A DNA stretch of 64,000 nucleotides from an uncultured Chloroflexia bacterium (GCA_963765765.1 CAVXYC010000020.1:800001-864000); one strand, 5' to 3'; positions 22,888 to 33,727 are shown, numbered from the stretch's first letter. A program made the numbers and translations. Notes: generated by a model from the sequence alone, not told the origin.

Positions 22888-23613
22888 TTAGCGGTTGTAG
22901 ACCCCTCGCACGTCGTTCCAGCGTACACGGAGAATGTCGGCCAACATCCGAAGCGTATCGCGAACGGGATCAACGCGACTCGATTCGCGATGATTCCAGG
23001 TAATGGGAACCTCCGCGATTCGATAGCCCAGCTTGCGCGCGATGAACAGAATCTCTACGTCGAAGCCGAAGCCGTCCACCGTCTGCCGAGTGAAGATGTC
23101 CCGGGCACTCGCCGCCGTGAAGCATTTGAGCCCGCACTGCGTGTCCTGAATACCGGGAATCGCGAGGGCTTGAACCACGACGTTGAATACACGCCCCATC
23201 AGATGTCGATAGTAAGGCTCTCCTATTCGGCGAGCGGCGGTACCTTCTCGCGATGCGATCACGATGTCATGCTCACCTAACATTACCGGTAAGCGCGTGA
23301 GCTCTTCGGCCGCCATCGGCAGGTCCGCATCGCAGAAAAGAATTCGTTCGCCCCACGCCGCGAGAGCACCGCTCCGAACCGCGGCGCCCTTGCCGGCGTG
23401 GGGCGTCATGAGGAGCCGCACACATGGGTCGCTTTGGGCCTGGCTGGCAGCCACTTCACCCGTCTCGTCGGTGCTACCATCGTCCACCACGATGATTTCG
23501 TACGTGATGTCTGTCCCTGCCAGGTGCTTGCTTATCTGCTGTAATGTGGACGGGAGTCGTCCCTCTTCGTTATAGGCGGGAATCACTACGGACAGATTGA
23601 TGCGTTCAGCCAC
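22888..23613 (-). CDS. GT2 polyprenyl/dolichyl-phosphate glycosyltransferase
   Basis: VVIPAYNEE, VVDDGSTD, GKGAAV, DAD, DTQCG, GFGFDVE. Confidence 0.9.
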   Translation of the reverse strand: MAERINLSVVIPAYNEEGRLPSTLQQISKHLAGTDITYEIIVVDDGSTDETGEVAASQAQSDPCVRLLMTPHAGKGAAVRSGALAAWGERILFCDADLPMAAEELTRLPVMLGEHDIVIASREGTAARRIGEPYYRHLMGRVFNVVVQALAIPGIQDTQCGLKCFTAASARDIFTRQTVDGFGFDVEILFIARKLGYRIAEVPITWNHRESSRVDPVRDTLRMLADILRVRWNDVRGVYNR

Positions 23614-23637
23614 GACTAGCTACAAGCTCGGACATTC

Positions 23638-25302
23638 ATGATGGAAGCGCGGCCAAGTATACCCGTGAGTTCGTCAGATCTTCCCACACGGCAACGCATT
23701 CGTACGCTCGTGGCACTGCTCATGGCAGTCCTTGTCGTGTTGGCGAGCGTTCCGAGAAGAGCCGCCGCTCAGGAAGAGTCGCGACCCAGTTACCAGATCA
23801 GCGCCACGATCAACACTGCTAAAGCTTTGGTAGACGTGCAGGAGTCAGTGACATTCACGAACTGGACCGGCGTTGCCCTTGGATCCATCGTATTTCGTCT
23901 ACCGCCGGCGGAGCTCGGCGGAGTGACATTGACGTCCATCACGGCATCCAATCAGTCGGGTGAGGCGTCGTTGGCAAACGGCGTACTCGAGATACCGGTT
24001 CAGCCCGCCATCCAGCCGGGACAGAGTGGCAGGGCCGACCTCAACTTCTCGGTTAACGTTCCACGTCAAGCCGGCCGACTTGGCATCACCGCGGAGGCTA
24101 TCGCCCTGGGCAACTGGTTCGCGACATTGAGCGTTCATCGTGGCGATTGGGACCGCCGCCCGTACACGGACGTTGGTGACGCATTTTTCACGGAGGTGGC
24201 GGACTTCCAGCTCGACATTGACACGCTACAACCACTGGAGCTGGCCTTCACGGGCATCCTGCAGCAGCATGACGGCACCCGCTGGACGATCATCGCGCAG
24301 AACGTCCGCGACGTGGCGGTGGTCGGCTCCACTCGCTTTTCCGTGGCGCAGGCGCGCGCCGGCGCAACTATAGTCACGGCTTACTCACTCGGCACCTCAG
24401 CACAGTGGCTCGCTGACACAGCCGCTGAAATGCTCCAGTGGTATTCGGCGCGGTTTGGCGTCTATCCGTACGCGGAATTCCGAGTTGCGGAGGCCGGCCT
24501 TCCCGCGTCATACGGGGGTATGGAATACCCTGGTCTCATCATGCTTTCGAGCCAATACGGGCCGCTCCAACGCGGGACGGCATTCGACGTCGTGGTTGCA
24601 CATGAGGTCGCTCACCAGTGGTTCTATTCAATGGTCGGCAGCGATCAAATAGCCGACCCGTGGCTGGACGAAGGGCTCGCGACCTATGCACCGGCGCTCT
24701 TCTACCAGGACGTTGCCCCCGGAGTCGGAAGAACGCAAGTTCAGCAGATCGGCTCGGCTCGCGGAGGTGTCCCCCTGGATTCATCCCTTTACGCATTTGA
24801 CAACGACAGCTCGTATTTCTCCGCGATCTATCGTCCAGGCGGACGCCTGCTGCATGAGCTTCGGACCGCCATGGGCGCAGAGACGTTCGACGTCGCCTTG
24901 CGCGACTTCGTGTCCATACATCTGCATCGAGTCGCTACCCCGCGAGCCTTCCTCGATCTGCTCCAGCGAAGGACAACCGCGAATCTGAATCCTATTATTT
25001 CGCGCTACGTCAACTACGGCGCCTTCAACTACCCGACCCCGCAGCAATGGAGCGTCACGTTGCCGTCCCCGACCCTTTCGGCTTATGCAGACCTGGCCCT
25101 TGATGCGACGTTCCCGGTAGCTGGAGTTGAGGTGTGGCTCGATAGCCAGCAGATTGCGTCTCAGAGCTTCAGCGGCGGAAGTAGCGGTACGATCGCCCTT
25201 GATCTACGTGGCTCACCGACTGGGGAGCACGTCCTCCAAACCAGGATCTGGAACGATGAGGGTGCGCAGTTCGAAAACGATATTCGCATAACGGTGCAAT
25301 AG
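23638..25302 (+). CDS. secreted M1-family metallopeptidase
   Basis: signal peptide (AAA-Q), GGMEY, HEVAHQW...WLDEGL. Confidence 0.9.
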   Translation: MMEARPSIPVSSSDLPTRQRIRTLVALLMAVLVVLASVPRRAAAQEESRPSYQISATINTAKALVDVQESVTFTNWTGVALGSIVFRLPPAELGGVTLTSITASNQSGEASLANGVLEIPVQPAIQPGQSGRADLNFSVNVPRQAGRLGITAEAIALGNWFATLSVHRGDWDRRPYTDVGDAFFTEVADFQLDIDTLQPLELAFTGILQQHDGTRWTIIAQNVRDVAVVGSTRFSVAQARAGATIVTAYSLGTSAQWLADTAAEMLQWYSARFGVYPYAEFRVAEAGLPASYGGMEYPGLIMLSSQYGPLQRGTAFDVVVAHEVAHQWFYSMVGSDQIADPWLDEGLATYAPALFYQDVAPGVGRTQVQQIGSARGGVPLDSSLYAFDNDSSYFSAIYRPGGRLLHELRTAMGAETFDVALRDFVSIHLHRVATPRAFLDLLQRRTTANLNPIISRYVNYGAFNYPTPQQWSVTLPSPTLSAYADLALDATFPVAGVEVWLDSQQIASQSFSGGSSGTIALDLRGSPTGEHVLQTRIWNDEGAQFENDIRITVQ

Positions 25303-25318
25303 ATTCTGGACCTTCTCG

Positions 25319-26731
25319 CTAGCTCTTTGCTTCGTGCAGGTACTCTGCGTAGAGATCCCCGAGAAGAAAAAACGATCCTGCAGCGCATACGACATCCATG
25401 GACTTTGCCTGTGATAGTGCATAATTCAGCGCACTAACAGGATCCGCGTATGCGGCCACCTGAATCACGTTCGAGCTCGCGCCGAGCCTCTCCCTGGCAA
25501 GCTGTGCAAGCGACTCAGCCGGCATCGATCGCTCGTGGCTCGCCGTTGTCGCCACGAGTGTAGTGGTCGAACTACGGATTGCGTCCAGGAACCCTCCCAC
25601 GTCCTTGCCTCTTGACATGCCGAGTACCCAGTGAATCGGCACGTCGCCATAGGTCTGACGGATCGTCGACTTGAGCTGTCGGGCAGATTCGGCGTTGTGC
25701 GCGCCATCAAATATCAAGGCAGGGTGCTCGGAAAGCACGTGAACGCGTCCGGGCCAGAGGAGCATGCTCAGTCCTTGATGGACCGCTCTGTCCAGACGGT
25801 CTGGTTCTATGAGCTGCGTCCGTATCGCCGCGGCGACAGCGGACGCGGCATTCTCGCGCTGGAATGTTCCCAGAAGCGGGAGCCGCAGCCGTTCAAACGA
25901 CCGGCCCGGACCGTGGATCGCGAATTGCGCGTGACGGCTCGATCGCGGCGAAGATGCCCGGGTTTGTTTCCAATTCCAATCGCGCCCGATCCACTCGACG
26001 CTGGCTCCGACGGCGGTTGACTGATCGCGAATGACGGCCTCGGCATCGGGGGGCTGACTGCCCACGATCACGGGCATCCCTGGACGCATAACCCCGGCTT
26101 TCTCGTGAGCAATGTCTACGATTTCCGGTCCAATGACGTCCACATGATCCAGGCTGATTGGAGTGATGACGCTGACGATGGGGTCAAGTGCGTTGGTCGC
26201 GTCGTTCCTTCCTCCAACCCCAACCTCCACAACGGCAGCATCAACCGACGCTTTTGCGAACGACAGGAGCGAAAACGCCGTTCCGATCTCGAACGTTGTC
26301 AGTGTGCCAAGCTCAGGATGATGCGATTCAACTCGGCTTGCCGCGGAACGGACGAATGGAAACAGGCGAATTGTCTCGTTGACGCTAAGGTGACGCCCGT
26401 TCACCCACGTGCGCTCACGCCAGCTCACAAGGTGCGGCTGGGTGTAACGACCGACGCGCAATCCGGCCGCCTGCAAAATGCTGGCGGTCATGGCAGTTGT
26501 CGACCCTTTGCCCTTTGTGCCAGCGACCAAGACGCACTGAAACGACAGCTCCGGATGACCGAGCTCCGCGAGCAGTGCCTTGAGCCTGGCGGGTTTTTTC
26601 AATCGATCTGCGCGGACCTCCGCCGCTCCGCGCTGAAGCGAGGAAAATCCGAAGATCTCGGAAAGCGTCTCCGCATACCGGCGACTGATGATCATGCGAT
26701 CTGGTTTTGGAAGGCCGAGGCGTGACCACAT
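25319..26731 (-). CDS. folC: folylpolyglutamate synthase/dihydrofolate synthase
   Basis: VAGTKGKGST, VEVGVGGRNDATN, DGAHN, AGSFFLLG. Confidence 0.9.
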   Translation of the reverse strand: MWSRLGLPKPDRMIISRRYAETLSEIFGFSSLQRGAAEVRADRLKKPARLKALLAELGHPELSFQCVLVAGTKGKGSTTAMTASILQAAGLRVGRYTQPHLVSWRERTWVNGRHLSVNETIRLFPFVRSAASRVESHHPELGTLTTFEIGTAFSLLSFAKASVDAAVVEVGVGGRNDATNALDPIVSVITPISLDHVDVIGPEIVDIAHEKAGVMRPGMPVIVGSQPPDAEAVIRDQSTAVGASVEWIGRDWNWKQTRASSPRSSRHAQFAIHGPGRSFERLRLPLLGTFQRENAASAVAAAIRTQLIEPDRLDRAVHQGLSMLLWPGRVHVLSEHPALIFDGAHNAESARQLKSTIRQTYGDVPIHWVLGMSRGKDVGGFLDAIRSSTTTLVATTASHERSMPAESLAQLARERLGASSNVIQVAAYADPVSALNYALSQAKSMDVVCAAGSFFLLGDLYAEYLHEAKS

Positions 26732-26953
26732 GGCAGCGAATCATAACCCGGCGTCCAAGGCCGCCTACCATCGTGACACTTGCGCGGACGAAGATGTGCA
26801 CCGCGCCAGGGTCTCACCAGTGGCCATCTCACCTCAAGGAGGGCATAATGGAATTAGTGCAACTCACGAGGGGAGATATGGGAACCACGGCGGCGTCGAG
26901 AGAGCCGGCAGCGCCAACTGTGGCGCCGTTCCGCCGTCAAATCCCGGATCAGT

Positions 26954-28171
26954 TTGGCTGAGCGCGACAGACGATACGTCATCATCGGAAACGGCGTCGC
27001 AGGCACTACTGCCGCGGAAACGCTTCGGAAAACTGACCCAAACTGCATCGTCACACTGTTCGGTGACGAGCCATATCCTCTCTATAACCGGGTTGCATTG
27101 CCGCCGTTCATCAAGCGGCGAGTCAACCAGCAAAAAGTGATGCTTCGGACCGTTGAAGCTCACAAAGAGCGCGGGATCGATCTCAGGCTCAATACGCGTG
27201 TCACCTCAGTCGACACGGTCGGGTGCGTTGTGAGCACGGACCAGGGAGACACCGTTCCCTACGACGCGCTACTCATTGCTACCGGGGGCCGACCAAACAA
27301 GCTCAACGTGCCCGGCGCTGACCGCAACGGTATCTACAACTTCCAATACCTTAACGATGCTCTGGCGATCCTGGATCGAGCCGAGAAGTCAAAGGTGGCA
27401 GTGGCGGTGGGCGGAAGCTATATCGCCTACGAGCTTGCCGAAGCTTTCCGCCATGACGGACTCGAGACAGTCTGGCTCATCCGCGGTGACCGGTTTCTGC
27501 GACGAGTCCTGGACGAGGACGGAGGAGCGCTTGTCGACGATATCGCCCACGAGGCGGGCGTGGAGACTGTCTACAACGATGCAGTTGCATCCGTGGAAGG
27601 TGACGATCACGAGATCACGGGTGTAATTACGCAACAGGGCCGCAGCATAAAAACTGACATGTTGGGCATCGGTGTCGGCCTGACCATGAACGTAGACTTT
27701 CTGGAAGGCTCTGGGATCGAAACGAAAACGGGAGTGCTTACCAACGAATACCTCGAAACCAACGCCCCCAACGTGTATGCAGCGGGCGATATCGCTGAAT
27801 TCATGGACCTCGTTATCGGCCGTCACAACATGATGGGTACGTGGGGCAACGCTGCAGGTCATGGTCGCATCGTGGCGATGACCATGATGGGCCAACGCAC
27901 GAAGTACTACGACGTTCCGATGTACTCCAGCACGCTTTTTGACTCCTTTATTCGCGTCATCGGCCTGACGCCCGAAAACTACCCTGATTTAGAGTCCTAC
28001 GAGCGCCTGGACGTGCACGCAAAGAGCTATCAGCGACTCTTCTTCCTCGAGAATCGAGTCGTTGGCGCATGCCTCATCGGTGACTCGAGATTTCGAACCA
28101 GGATCTTTACCCTCATCAAGAGCCGTGAAGACATTCCCGTTGAGGAGCGAGCGCGAATTCTGGAGGAATAG
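26954..28171 (+). CDS. FAD/NAD(P)-dependent oxidoreductase (rubredoxin/ferredoxin reductase, NirB-N-like)
   Basis: IIGNGVAG, LLIATGG, TNAPNVYAAGD. Confidence 0.85.
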   Translation: MAERDRRYVIIGNGVAGTTAAETLRKTDPNCIVTLFGDEPYPLYNRVALPPFIKRRVNQQKVMLRTVEAHKERGIDLRLNTRVTSVDTVGCVVSTDQGDTVPYDALLIATGGRPNKLNVPGADRNGIYNFQYLNDALAILDRAEKSKVAVAVGGSYIAYELAEAFRHDGLETVWLIRGDRFLRRVLDEDGGALVDDIAHEAGVETVYNDAVASVEGDDHEITGVITQQGRSIKTDMLGIGVGLTMNVDFLEGSGIETKTGVLTNEYLETNAPNVYAAGDIAEFMDLVIGRHNMMGTWGNAAGHGRIVAMTMMGQRTKYYDVPMYSSTLFDSFIRVIGLTPENYPDLESYERLDVHAKSYQRLFFLENRVVGACLIGDSRFRTRIFTLIKSREDIPVEERARILEE

Positions 28172-28381
28172 GCTCCTCACACTCGACTGCCGTACTCCAG
28201 AAGGCCGCGGCATCCCAATGTGACAGCACTGTTACCCATCGCGATGACGGGCTCGCGTTGTCGAACCCATAGAATTTGACGCGGACGCGATTGACGCCGA
28301 ACAAGCCGTCCTGCGCGCGACCGACTGCGAAACGCCCTTGAGTGTTGTTCGTTCTGGCTACTGACCCCATTTTGCGATTAC

Positions 28382-29521
28382 TTGTTGGAGGCATTTGACT
28401 TGAAACGATCGGCACTTTTCCTTGCTGCCGCTGCCGCGTTACTCACGGCCACGTTTGCTAGACCGAACATGACTTCGGCCCAGTACGTGGCTGCAAGTCC
28501 TGAGTACGGCGTCAGCGCGTTCTTGATGGGCAAGCCCGACACCACAGACCGAGACCTAGGGCTCGCGAGTGGTGCGGGATTCGGCTGGCTCAAGCTCACC
28601 GTTCCGTGGCGATCCATTGAGCCAAGTTGTAAGGGCTGCTACGCCTGGGAAGATCTGGACCGAGTGGTTGCCGCGACTACCGCTTCTGGCATGAAGATCA
28701 TGGCCCGCGTCGATCACCCGCCAGAGTGGGCCCGCACTATTCCGGCCGAGAACGGACCGCCCGACAATATCTCGGACTACACCGATATCGTCACCCGGCT
28801 GGTAGCCCGCTACGGTACCGGCTCCCCGATCGGACGAGTCCAGGCAGTTGAGATCTGGAACGAGCCCAATCTCGACCGAGAATGGGGCGGCCAGGTGATC
28901 TCTCGCGACACCGCGAGCCAGTACATGGCGCTGCTGAAGGACGCGTATATGGGCGCCAAAGAAGCAGATCCAAACATTACCGTGGTCAGCGCCCCCCTCT
29001 CGCCTACGGGTACGAATAACGGCCAGGCGCAGCCCGACGACGTGTACCTCGACTGGCTCTTCCAGGAAGGCCTGTCTGGCTACTATGACGTCCTCGGCGT
29101 CCATGGAGCAGGCTATGGCAACCCGCCAGAGGCCGCCCCGGTTCCCAATGACACTTACCCGCACCCATCATTCTTCTTCCGCCGCGTGGAGCAGCTTCGT
29201 GCGATTCAGGAAGCTTACGGCGATGGCGCGAAGCAGGTCTGGCTCCTCGAGTTCGGCTGGACCACGGACCAGGTGAATCCCGCATATTCGTGGTACGCGG
29301 TAACGCCTGAACAGCAGGCCGACTACATCGTTCGCGCCTACCAGTTTGCCCAATCATCATGGGCCCCATGGATTGGCGTCATGTTCCTCTGGACCATGGC
29401 CGATTCCGCATGGACCCCTGAGAACGAGCAGTACTGGTGGAGTGTCACGGAGCCGGATGGAACTCCGCGTCTGGCGCTGACAGCATTCCAGACTGCCCGC
29501 CAGAATGGAACGCTTCCCTAA
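28382..29521 (+). CDS. secreted clan GH-A glycoside hydrolase (GH5/GH39-like)
   Basis: signal peptide, EIWNEPN acid/base, LLEFGW nucleophile. Confidence 0.8.
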   Translation: MLEAFDLKRSALFLAAAAALLTATFARPNMTSAQYVAASPEYGVSAFLMGKPDTTDRDLGLASGAGFGWLKLTVPWRSIEPSCKGCYAWEDLDRVVAATTASGMKIMARVDHPPEWARTIPAENGPPDNISDYTDIVTRLVARYGTGSPIGRVQAVEIWNEPNLDREWGGQVISRDTASQYMALLKDAYMGAKEADPNITVVSAPLSPTGTNNGQAQPDDVYLDWLFQEGLSGYYDVLGVHGAGYGNPPEAAPVPNDTYPHPSFFFRRVEQLRAIQEAYGDGAKQVWLLEFGWTTDQVNPAYSWYAVTPEQQADYIVRAYQFAQSSWAPWIGVMFLWTMADSAWTPENEQYWWSVTEPDGTPRLALTAFQTARQNGTLP

Positions 29522-29539
29522 GGGACGCGTTCGCACACC

Positions 29540-29579
29540 AACAAGAAGGGCCCGCGCAATTGCGCGGGCCCTTCTTGTT
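29540..29579. terminator. perfect 40-bp palindrome, probable bidirectional terminator
   Basis: aacaagaagggcccgcgcaa|ttgcgcgggcccttcttgtt between convergent genes. Confidence 0.75.
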
Positions 29580-29837
29580 ATCTATGGCTCGTGTACCAGG
29601 GCCGGTGATCAGCGCGGTTGGGCAGGCCAGGAGAAGCATTGCCTACCCAACCGCGGGGAGAGACTCCGCCAGCCAACGGCTGGCAACTCTCGAAATCATT
29701 ATTGCGCACAAAAGAGGGCGTTCGCTAGAGCAGCGGACGCCTCTTTTGCAATTCGTGGTGAATCCGAAGTGGGTGCCCTCTATCGGTCCTGATTAACTCT
29801 GCTGGGCGGAGCGCATCAAGCTCAATCGCAAACTGCT

Positions 29838-30704
29838 CTAGGCGCGTGCTCTTGCGATCGCCTGGTTCAATGCCCGCTTTGCAAACACCCGAGCCAGGTG
29901 AGATCGGTACTCTGTTGAGGCGTGAATATCGCCCAGCGCATCGATTCCATCGGCGGCATGCTGGGCCGCCTGCTCCACGCTGCTCTCATTGGCCGCCTGA
30001 CCACGCAGAGCATCTTCAACCCCAGTTGCTCGGTACGCCTTGGGGCCAACGCCTGTCACAGCCACGCGTACGTCCTGAACATTTCCGCCACTGAGCTGGA
30101 CAATCGCGGCAACACCGCACAGCGCATAGTGCGAGGCAGGGTGGTCCATTTTGAGATACGCAGTCCCAGCGCCACTCGGGAGTGCTGGAATCCGAATCTC
30201 GGTCAAGATCTCAGACTCTCCGAGGGCGCTCGTGAGCATATCCACGAAAAAGTCATTCGCCGCGATAGTACGCTCGCCATTGGGACCCACGGCCTTGACC
30301 TGCGCCTCGAGCGCAAGGATGACCGCCGGTAGATCACCCGCTGGGTCGGCGTGAGCCAGACTACCGCCAATGGTGCCACGGTTTCGTACCTGCTGATCGC
30401 CAATCACGTTGGCGGCTTCTGCCAGGAGCGGCGCTGCTTCTTTCACTGCGTCTGAGGTAGCAATCGTAGCGTGTGTCGTCAAACTACCAATAACCAGCTC
30501 GCCGCCCTGATTCTGGATACCGGTCATGCCCGGCAGCCGCCCGATATCGATCAGCGCCGCCGGCTCCGCGAGACGGAGCTTCAGGAGAGGCAATAGGCTG
30601 TGCCCACCTGCTAGCACCTTGGCGTCGCCGCCAGACTGCTCAAGGAGCGCCACCGCCTCCTGCACGCTGGTCGGTCGATGGTATTCGAATGCCGCTGGAA
30701 ACAT
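29838..30704 (-). CDS. coxM: CODH/xanthine dehydrogenase family FAD subunit
   Basis: KVLAGGHSLLP, QVRNRGTIGGS, HADPAGDLP. Confidence 0.9.
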   Translation of the reverse strand: MFPAAFEYHRPTSVQEAVALLEQSGGDAKVLAGGHSLLPLLKLRLAEPAALIDIGRLPGMTGIQNQGGELVIGSLTTHATIATSDAVKEAAPLLAEAANVIGDQQVRNRGTIGGSLAHADPAGDLPAVILALEAQVKAVGPNGERTIAANDFFVDMLTSALGESEILTEIRIPALPSGAGTAYLKMDHPASHYALCGVAAIVQLSGGNVQDVRVAVTGVGPKAYRATGVEDALRGQAANESSVEQAAQHAADGIDALGDIHASTEYRSHLARVFAKRALNQAIARARA

Positions 30705-30715
30705 TGACTGAACTC

Positions 30716-33064
30716 CTATGAGCTTTGGATAGCGCGCCAGACGCGCTCTGACCGCAATGGCATGTCCAAATGTCGGACCCCGAGGTGCGAGAGGGCATCC
30801 ACGACGGAGTTCACAACCGCGGCGCTCGCTGCGATTGTCCCCGCTTCGCCGATCCCTTTGACACCCAGCGGATTCACTGGCGACGGTGTCACCGTGTGGC
30901 TTGTCTCAAATGCTGGAAGCTGCGTAGCAGTGGGGACTGCGTAATCCATCATGGAGCCGGATATTAGCTGACCGGTCTCGTCATATACGCCCTCTTCGAA
31001 TAGCGCCTGGGCAATCCCCTGGGCCACACCCCCGTGAACCTGCCCATCGACGATCATCGGATTAATGACCCGACCACAGTCATCGACACAGACGTATCGA
31101 ACGATCTCGACATTGCCGGTGTCAGGATCTACCTCCGTGACACAGACATGCGTTCCGAATGGCCACGTGAAGTTGGATGGATCGAAGAAGCTGGTGGCCT
31201 CGAGGCCGGGTTCGAGCCCCTCTGGATAGTTATGCGCCAGGAACGCGGCCAGTGCGATTTCGGCGAACGTCTTGGCGCGTTCGGGCGCACCCTTCACCCG
31301 AAACGCGCCGTCTTCGTACTCGAGATCGGCCTCATCTGCCTCGAGCTGATGCGCGGCGATCTTGCGGGCCTTGTCCTTGACCTTTGTGAGCGACATGTGG
31401 ATGGCGGTTCCACCGACCGCTGTACTTCGGCTACCAAATGTGCCAATGCCGGATTGGACTTTGTCCGTATCCCCGTGGATGATCTCCACGTCTTCCATGA
31501 CTATTCCCAGCTCGTCAGCGGTGATCTGGGCAAACGTGGTCTCATGGCCCTGCCCGTGTGACGATGCACCAGTCATCACGCTGACCTTGCCGGTTGGGTG
31601 CACGCGCACCGTGGCACTCTCCCAACCGCCGGCCTGGCCGCCCACAGCACCCAGTACCTGTGATGGTGCCATCCCGCATATCTCGACGTAGCTCGAGATG
31701 CCGATTCCCATCAACTTCCCGCCGGAATCTCGACGTTTCGACTGTTCCTGGCGCAGTGCCGTGTAATCGACATTCTGCAAAGCCTGTTCGTAGGCCTTCG
31801 CGTAGTTACCGCTGTCATACGTGACGCCCGTCGCCGTGGTGTAGGGAAACGCTTCAGCCTCGATGAAGTTCTTTTTGCGAATCTCAGCAGCGTCCATGCC
31901 GATGGCCTGCGCGGCCAGATCAACGGCTCGCTCCACCAGGTGTATGGCCTCGGGCCGTCCAGCACCACGATACGCGTCCACAGGAGTGGTATTGGTGAAG
32001 ACCCCGAGGACCTCACAATCCACTGCGGCAATGCGATAGGCGCCCGAGAGCATCACGCCAAAGAGGACCGTCGGGATTCCGGGTGCAAAGGTGGAAAGAT
32101 ACGCCCCGAGATTGGCCGTATTGCGCACGCGCAGCGCCGTGAGTGTTCCGTCCTTCATAACACCGATCTCGAGATCGTGCGTCTGAGCTCGACCGTGTGT
32201 GGTGGCCCGGTATCCCTCACTGCGCTCTTCTGTCCACTTCACCGGGCGGCCGCTGAGCTTGGCCAGCACGCAGGCCACCATCTCTTCGCCGTACAAATAA
32301 AGCTTGCTGCCAAAGGCTCCACCGACATCGGGAGCGATGACTCGCAATCGAGTCTCTGGTATGCCTAGCGTGAGAGAGAGCAGCAGACGAACGAGATGCG
32401 GAATCTGGGTTGAGGTGTAAAGAACGTACTCGTCGGTGCCGCGAGCATACTGCGCGACGACCGCACGTGGCTCTATCGCATTAGGGATGAGCCGCTGATT
32501 GACGATGCGCTCTTTGACGCGCACATCGGACTCGGACAGGGCGGCGTCAACGTCGCCGCTGCCAATCTTCCAGGTGAAACACAAGTTGGATTCGATATCT
32601 TCGTGAACGTGTGGAGCGCCCTCGGCCAGCGCCTCTAGCTCATTGGTTACGGCGGGCAGCGTCTCGTAGTCCACTTGAATCAATTCCGTGGCGTCGCGCG
32701 CGGCTTCGCGAGACTCCGCCAGCACAGCCGCCACGGGGTCACCCACCATGCGAACTTTGTCAATCGCCAGAGGTGGATGCGCCGGCATCTTCATGTCAGG
32801 AAGCACCCAGCCACAGGGAACTGACGCCGCGGGAGGGAGGGCGTCCGTACCCGTGTAGACGCCAACCACCCCGGCAGACTGGCTCGCGGCCTCGGTGTTT
32901 ATGGATCGGATGCGCGCGTGCGCGTGCGGACTACGCAGCAGCGCCATATATACGAGACCAGTCGCCTGAACGTCATCGACGTAGGTCCCGCGACCTGTGA
33001 TGAGGCGTGGGTCTTCGCGTCGCTTTACTGAAGTGCCAAATGGACGATTCGCGGTGGCAGTCAT
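30716..33064 (-). CDS. coxL: CODH form II-like molybdopterin large subunit
   Basis: KRREDPRLITG, DVGGAFG, AYRGAGR active-site motif, GHETT, GVKGIGEAG. Confidence 0.9.
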   Translation of the reverse strand: MTATANRPFGTSVKRREDPRLITGRGTYVDDVQATGLVYMALLRSPHAHARIRSINTEAASQSAGVVGVYTGTDALPPAASVPCGWVLPDMKMPAHPPLAIDKVRMVGDPVAAVLAESREAARDATELIQVDYETLPAVTNELEALAEGAPHVHEDIESNLCFTWKIGSGDVDAALSESDVRVKERIVNQRLIPNAIEPRAVVAQYARGTDEYVLYTSTQIPHLVRLLLSLTLGIPETRLRVIAPDVGGAFGSKLYLYGEEMVACVLAKLSGRPVKWTEERSEGYRATTHGRAQTHDLEIGVMKDGTLTALRVRNTANLGAYLSTFAPGIPTVLFGVMLSGAYRIAAVDCEVLGVFTNTTPVDAYRGAGRPEAIHLVERAVDLAAQAIGMDAAEIRKKNFIEAEAFPYTTATGVTYDSGNYAKAYEQALQNVDYTALRQEQSKRRDSGGKLMGIGISSYVEICGMAPSQVLGAVGGQAGGWESATVRVHPTGKVSVMTGASSHGQGHETTFAQITADELGIVMEDVEIIHGDTDKVQSGIGTFGSRSTAVGGTAIHMSLTKVKDKARKIAAHQLEADEADLEYEDGAFRVKGAPERAKTFAEIALAAFLAHNYPEGLEPGLEATSFFDPSNFTWPFGTHVCVTEVDPDTGNVEIVRYVCVDDCGRVINPMIVDGQVHGGVAQGIAQALFEEGVYDETGQLISGSMMDYAVPTATQLPAFETSHTVTPSPVNPLGVKGIGEAGTIAASAAVVNSVVDALSHLGVRHLDMPLRSERVWRAIQSS

Positions 33065-33103
33065 GGGGACGCCTCCTTCGATCAGTGCTCGCCCTGGCGC
33101 GTG

Positions 33104-33571
33104 CTAGCGCATGTGCTCCGCGGCGTATTGAATTGACTTCACGATATTGTGGTAGCCAGTGCAGCGGCAGAGATTGCCCTCGATACCCTTGCGAATCTCT
33201 TCCTCACTGGGAGATGGATTGCGTTTCAAGAGGTCCACTGCCGTCATGATCATGCCGGGGGTGCAGTAACCGCATTGCAGCCCGTGCATCTCCCAGAATC
33301 CTTCCTGTAGTGGATGAAGCTCCTCACCGTTCGCCAGACCTTCGATTGTGGTGATCTCGGCATCGTCTGCTTGCACCGCGAGCACGGTGCACGACTTGAC
33401 CGCGTCACCGTTCAGAAGAATCGTGCAAGCGCCGCACTGGCTAGTGTCGCACCCGACGTGCGTGCCCGTGAGGCCGAGAACATCTCGAAGGTAATGGACG
33501 AGCAGCAGACGCGGCTCTACTTCATTGGAATATTGCTTGCCATTGACTGTCACACTGACCGTATGGGTCAT
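33104..33571 (-). CDS. coxS: CODH family (2Fe-2S) small subunit
   Basis: [28 protein letters not shown]; RBS GGAGG before the ATG at 33571. Confidence 0.92.
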   Translation of the reverse strand: MTHTVSVTVNGKQYSNEVEPRLLLVHYLRDVLGLTGTHVGCDTSQCGACTILLNGDAVKSCTVLAVQADDAEITTIEGLANGEELHPLQEGFWEMHGLQCGYCTPGMIMTAVDLLKRNPSPSEEEIRKGIEGNLCRCTGYHNIVKSIQYAAEHMR

Positions 33572-33727
33572 AAAACGCACCTCCCGCGGGTCGCCCGGTG
33601 TACCACTGACGCGTGGCGATCTTATTCTAAAGCCAGATCGCGGGTAGGCTGTTGGGCATACCGCCGTCTCACACCCGTTCACCCGGATGCTACGAATTGG
33701 ATTGATTGCTGTCAACGTTACGAAGGG

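Noticed and set aside
30716-33064. Bona fide form I aerobic CO dehydrogenase
   Set aside because: The active-site motif is AYRGAGR rather than AYXCSFR, and the gene order is SLM.
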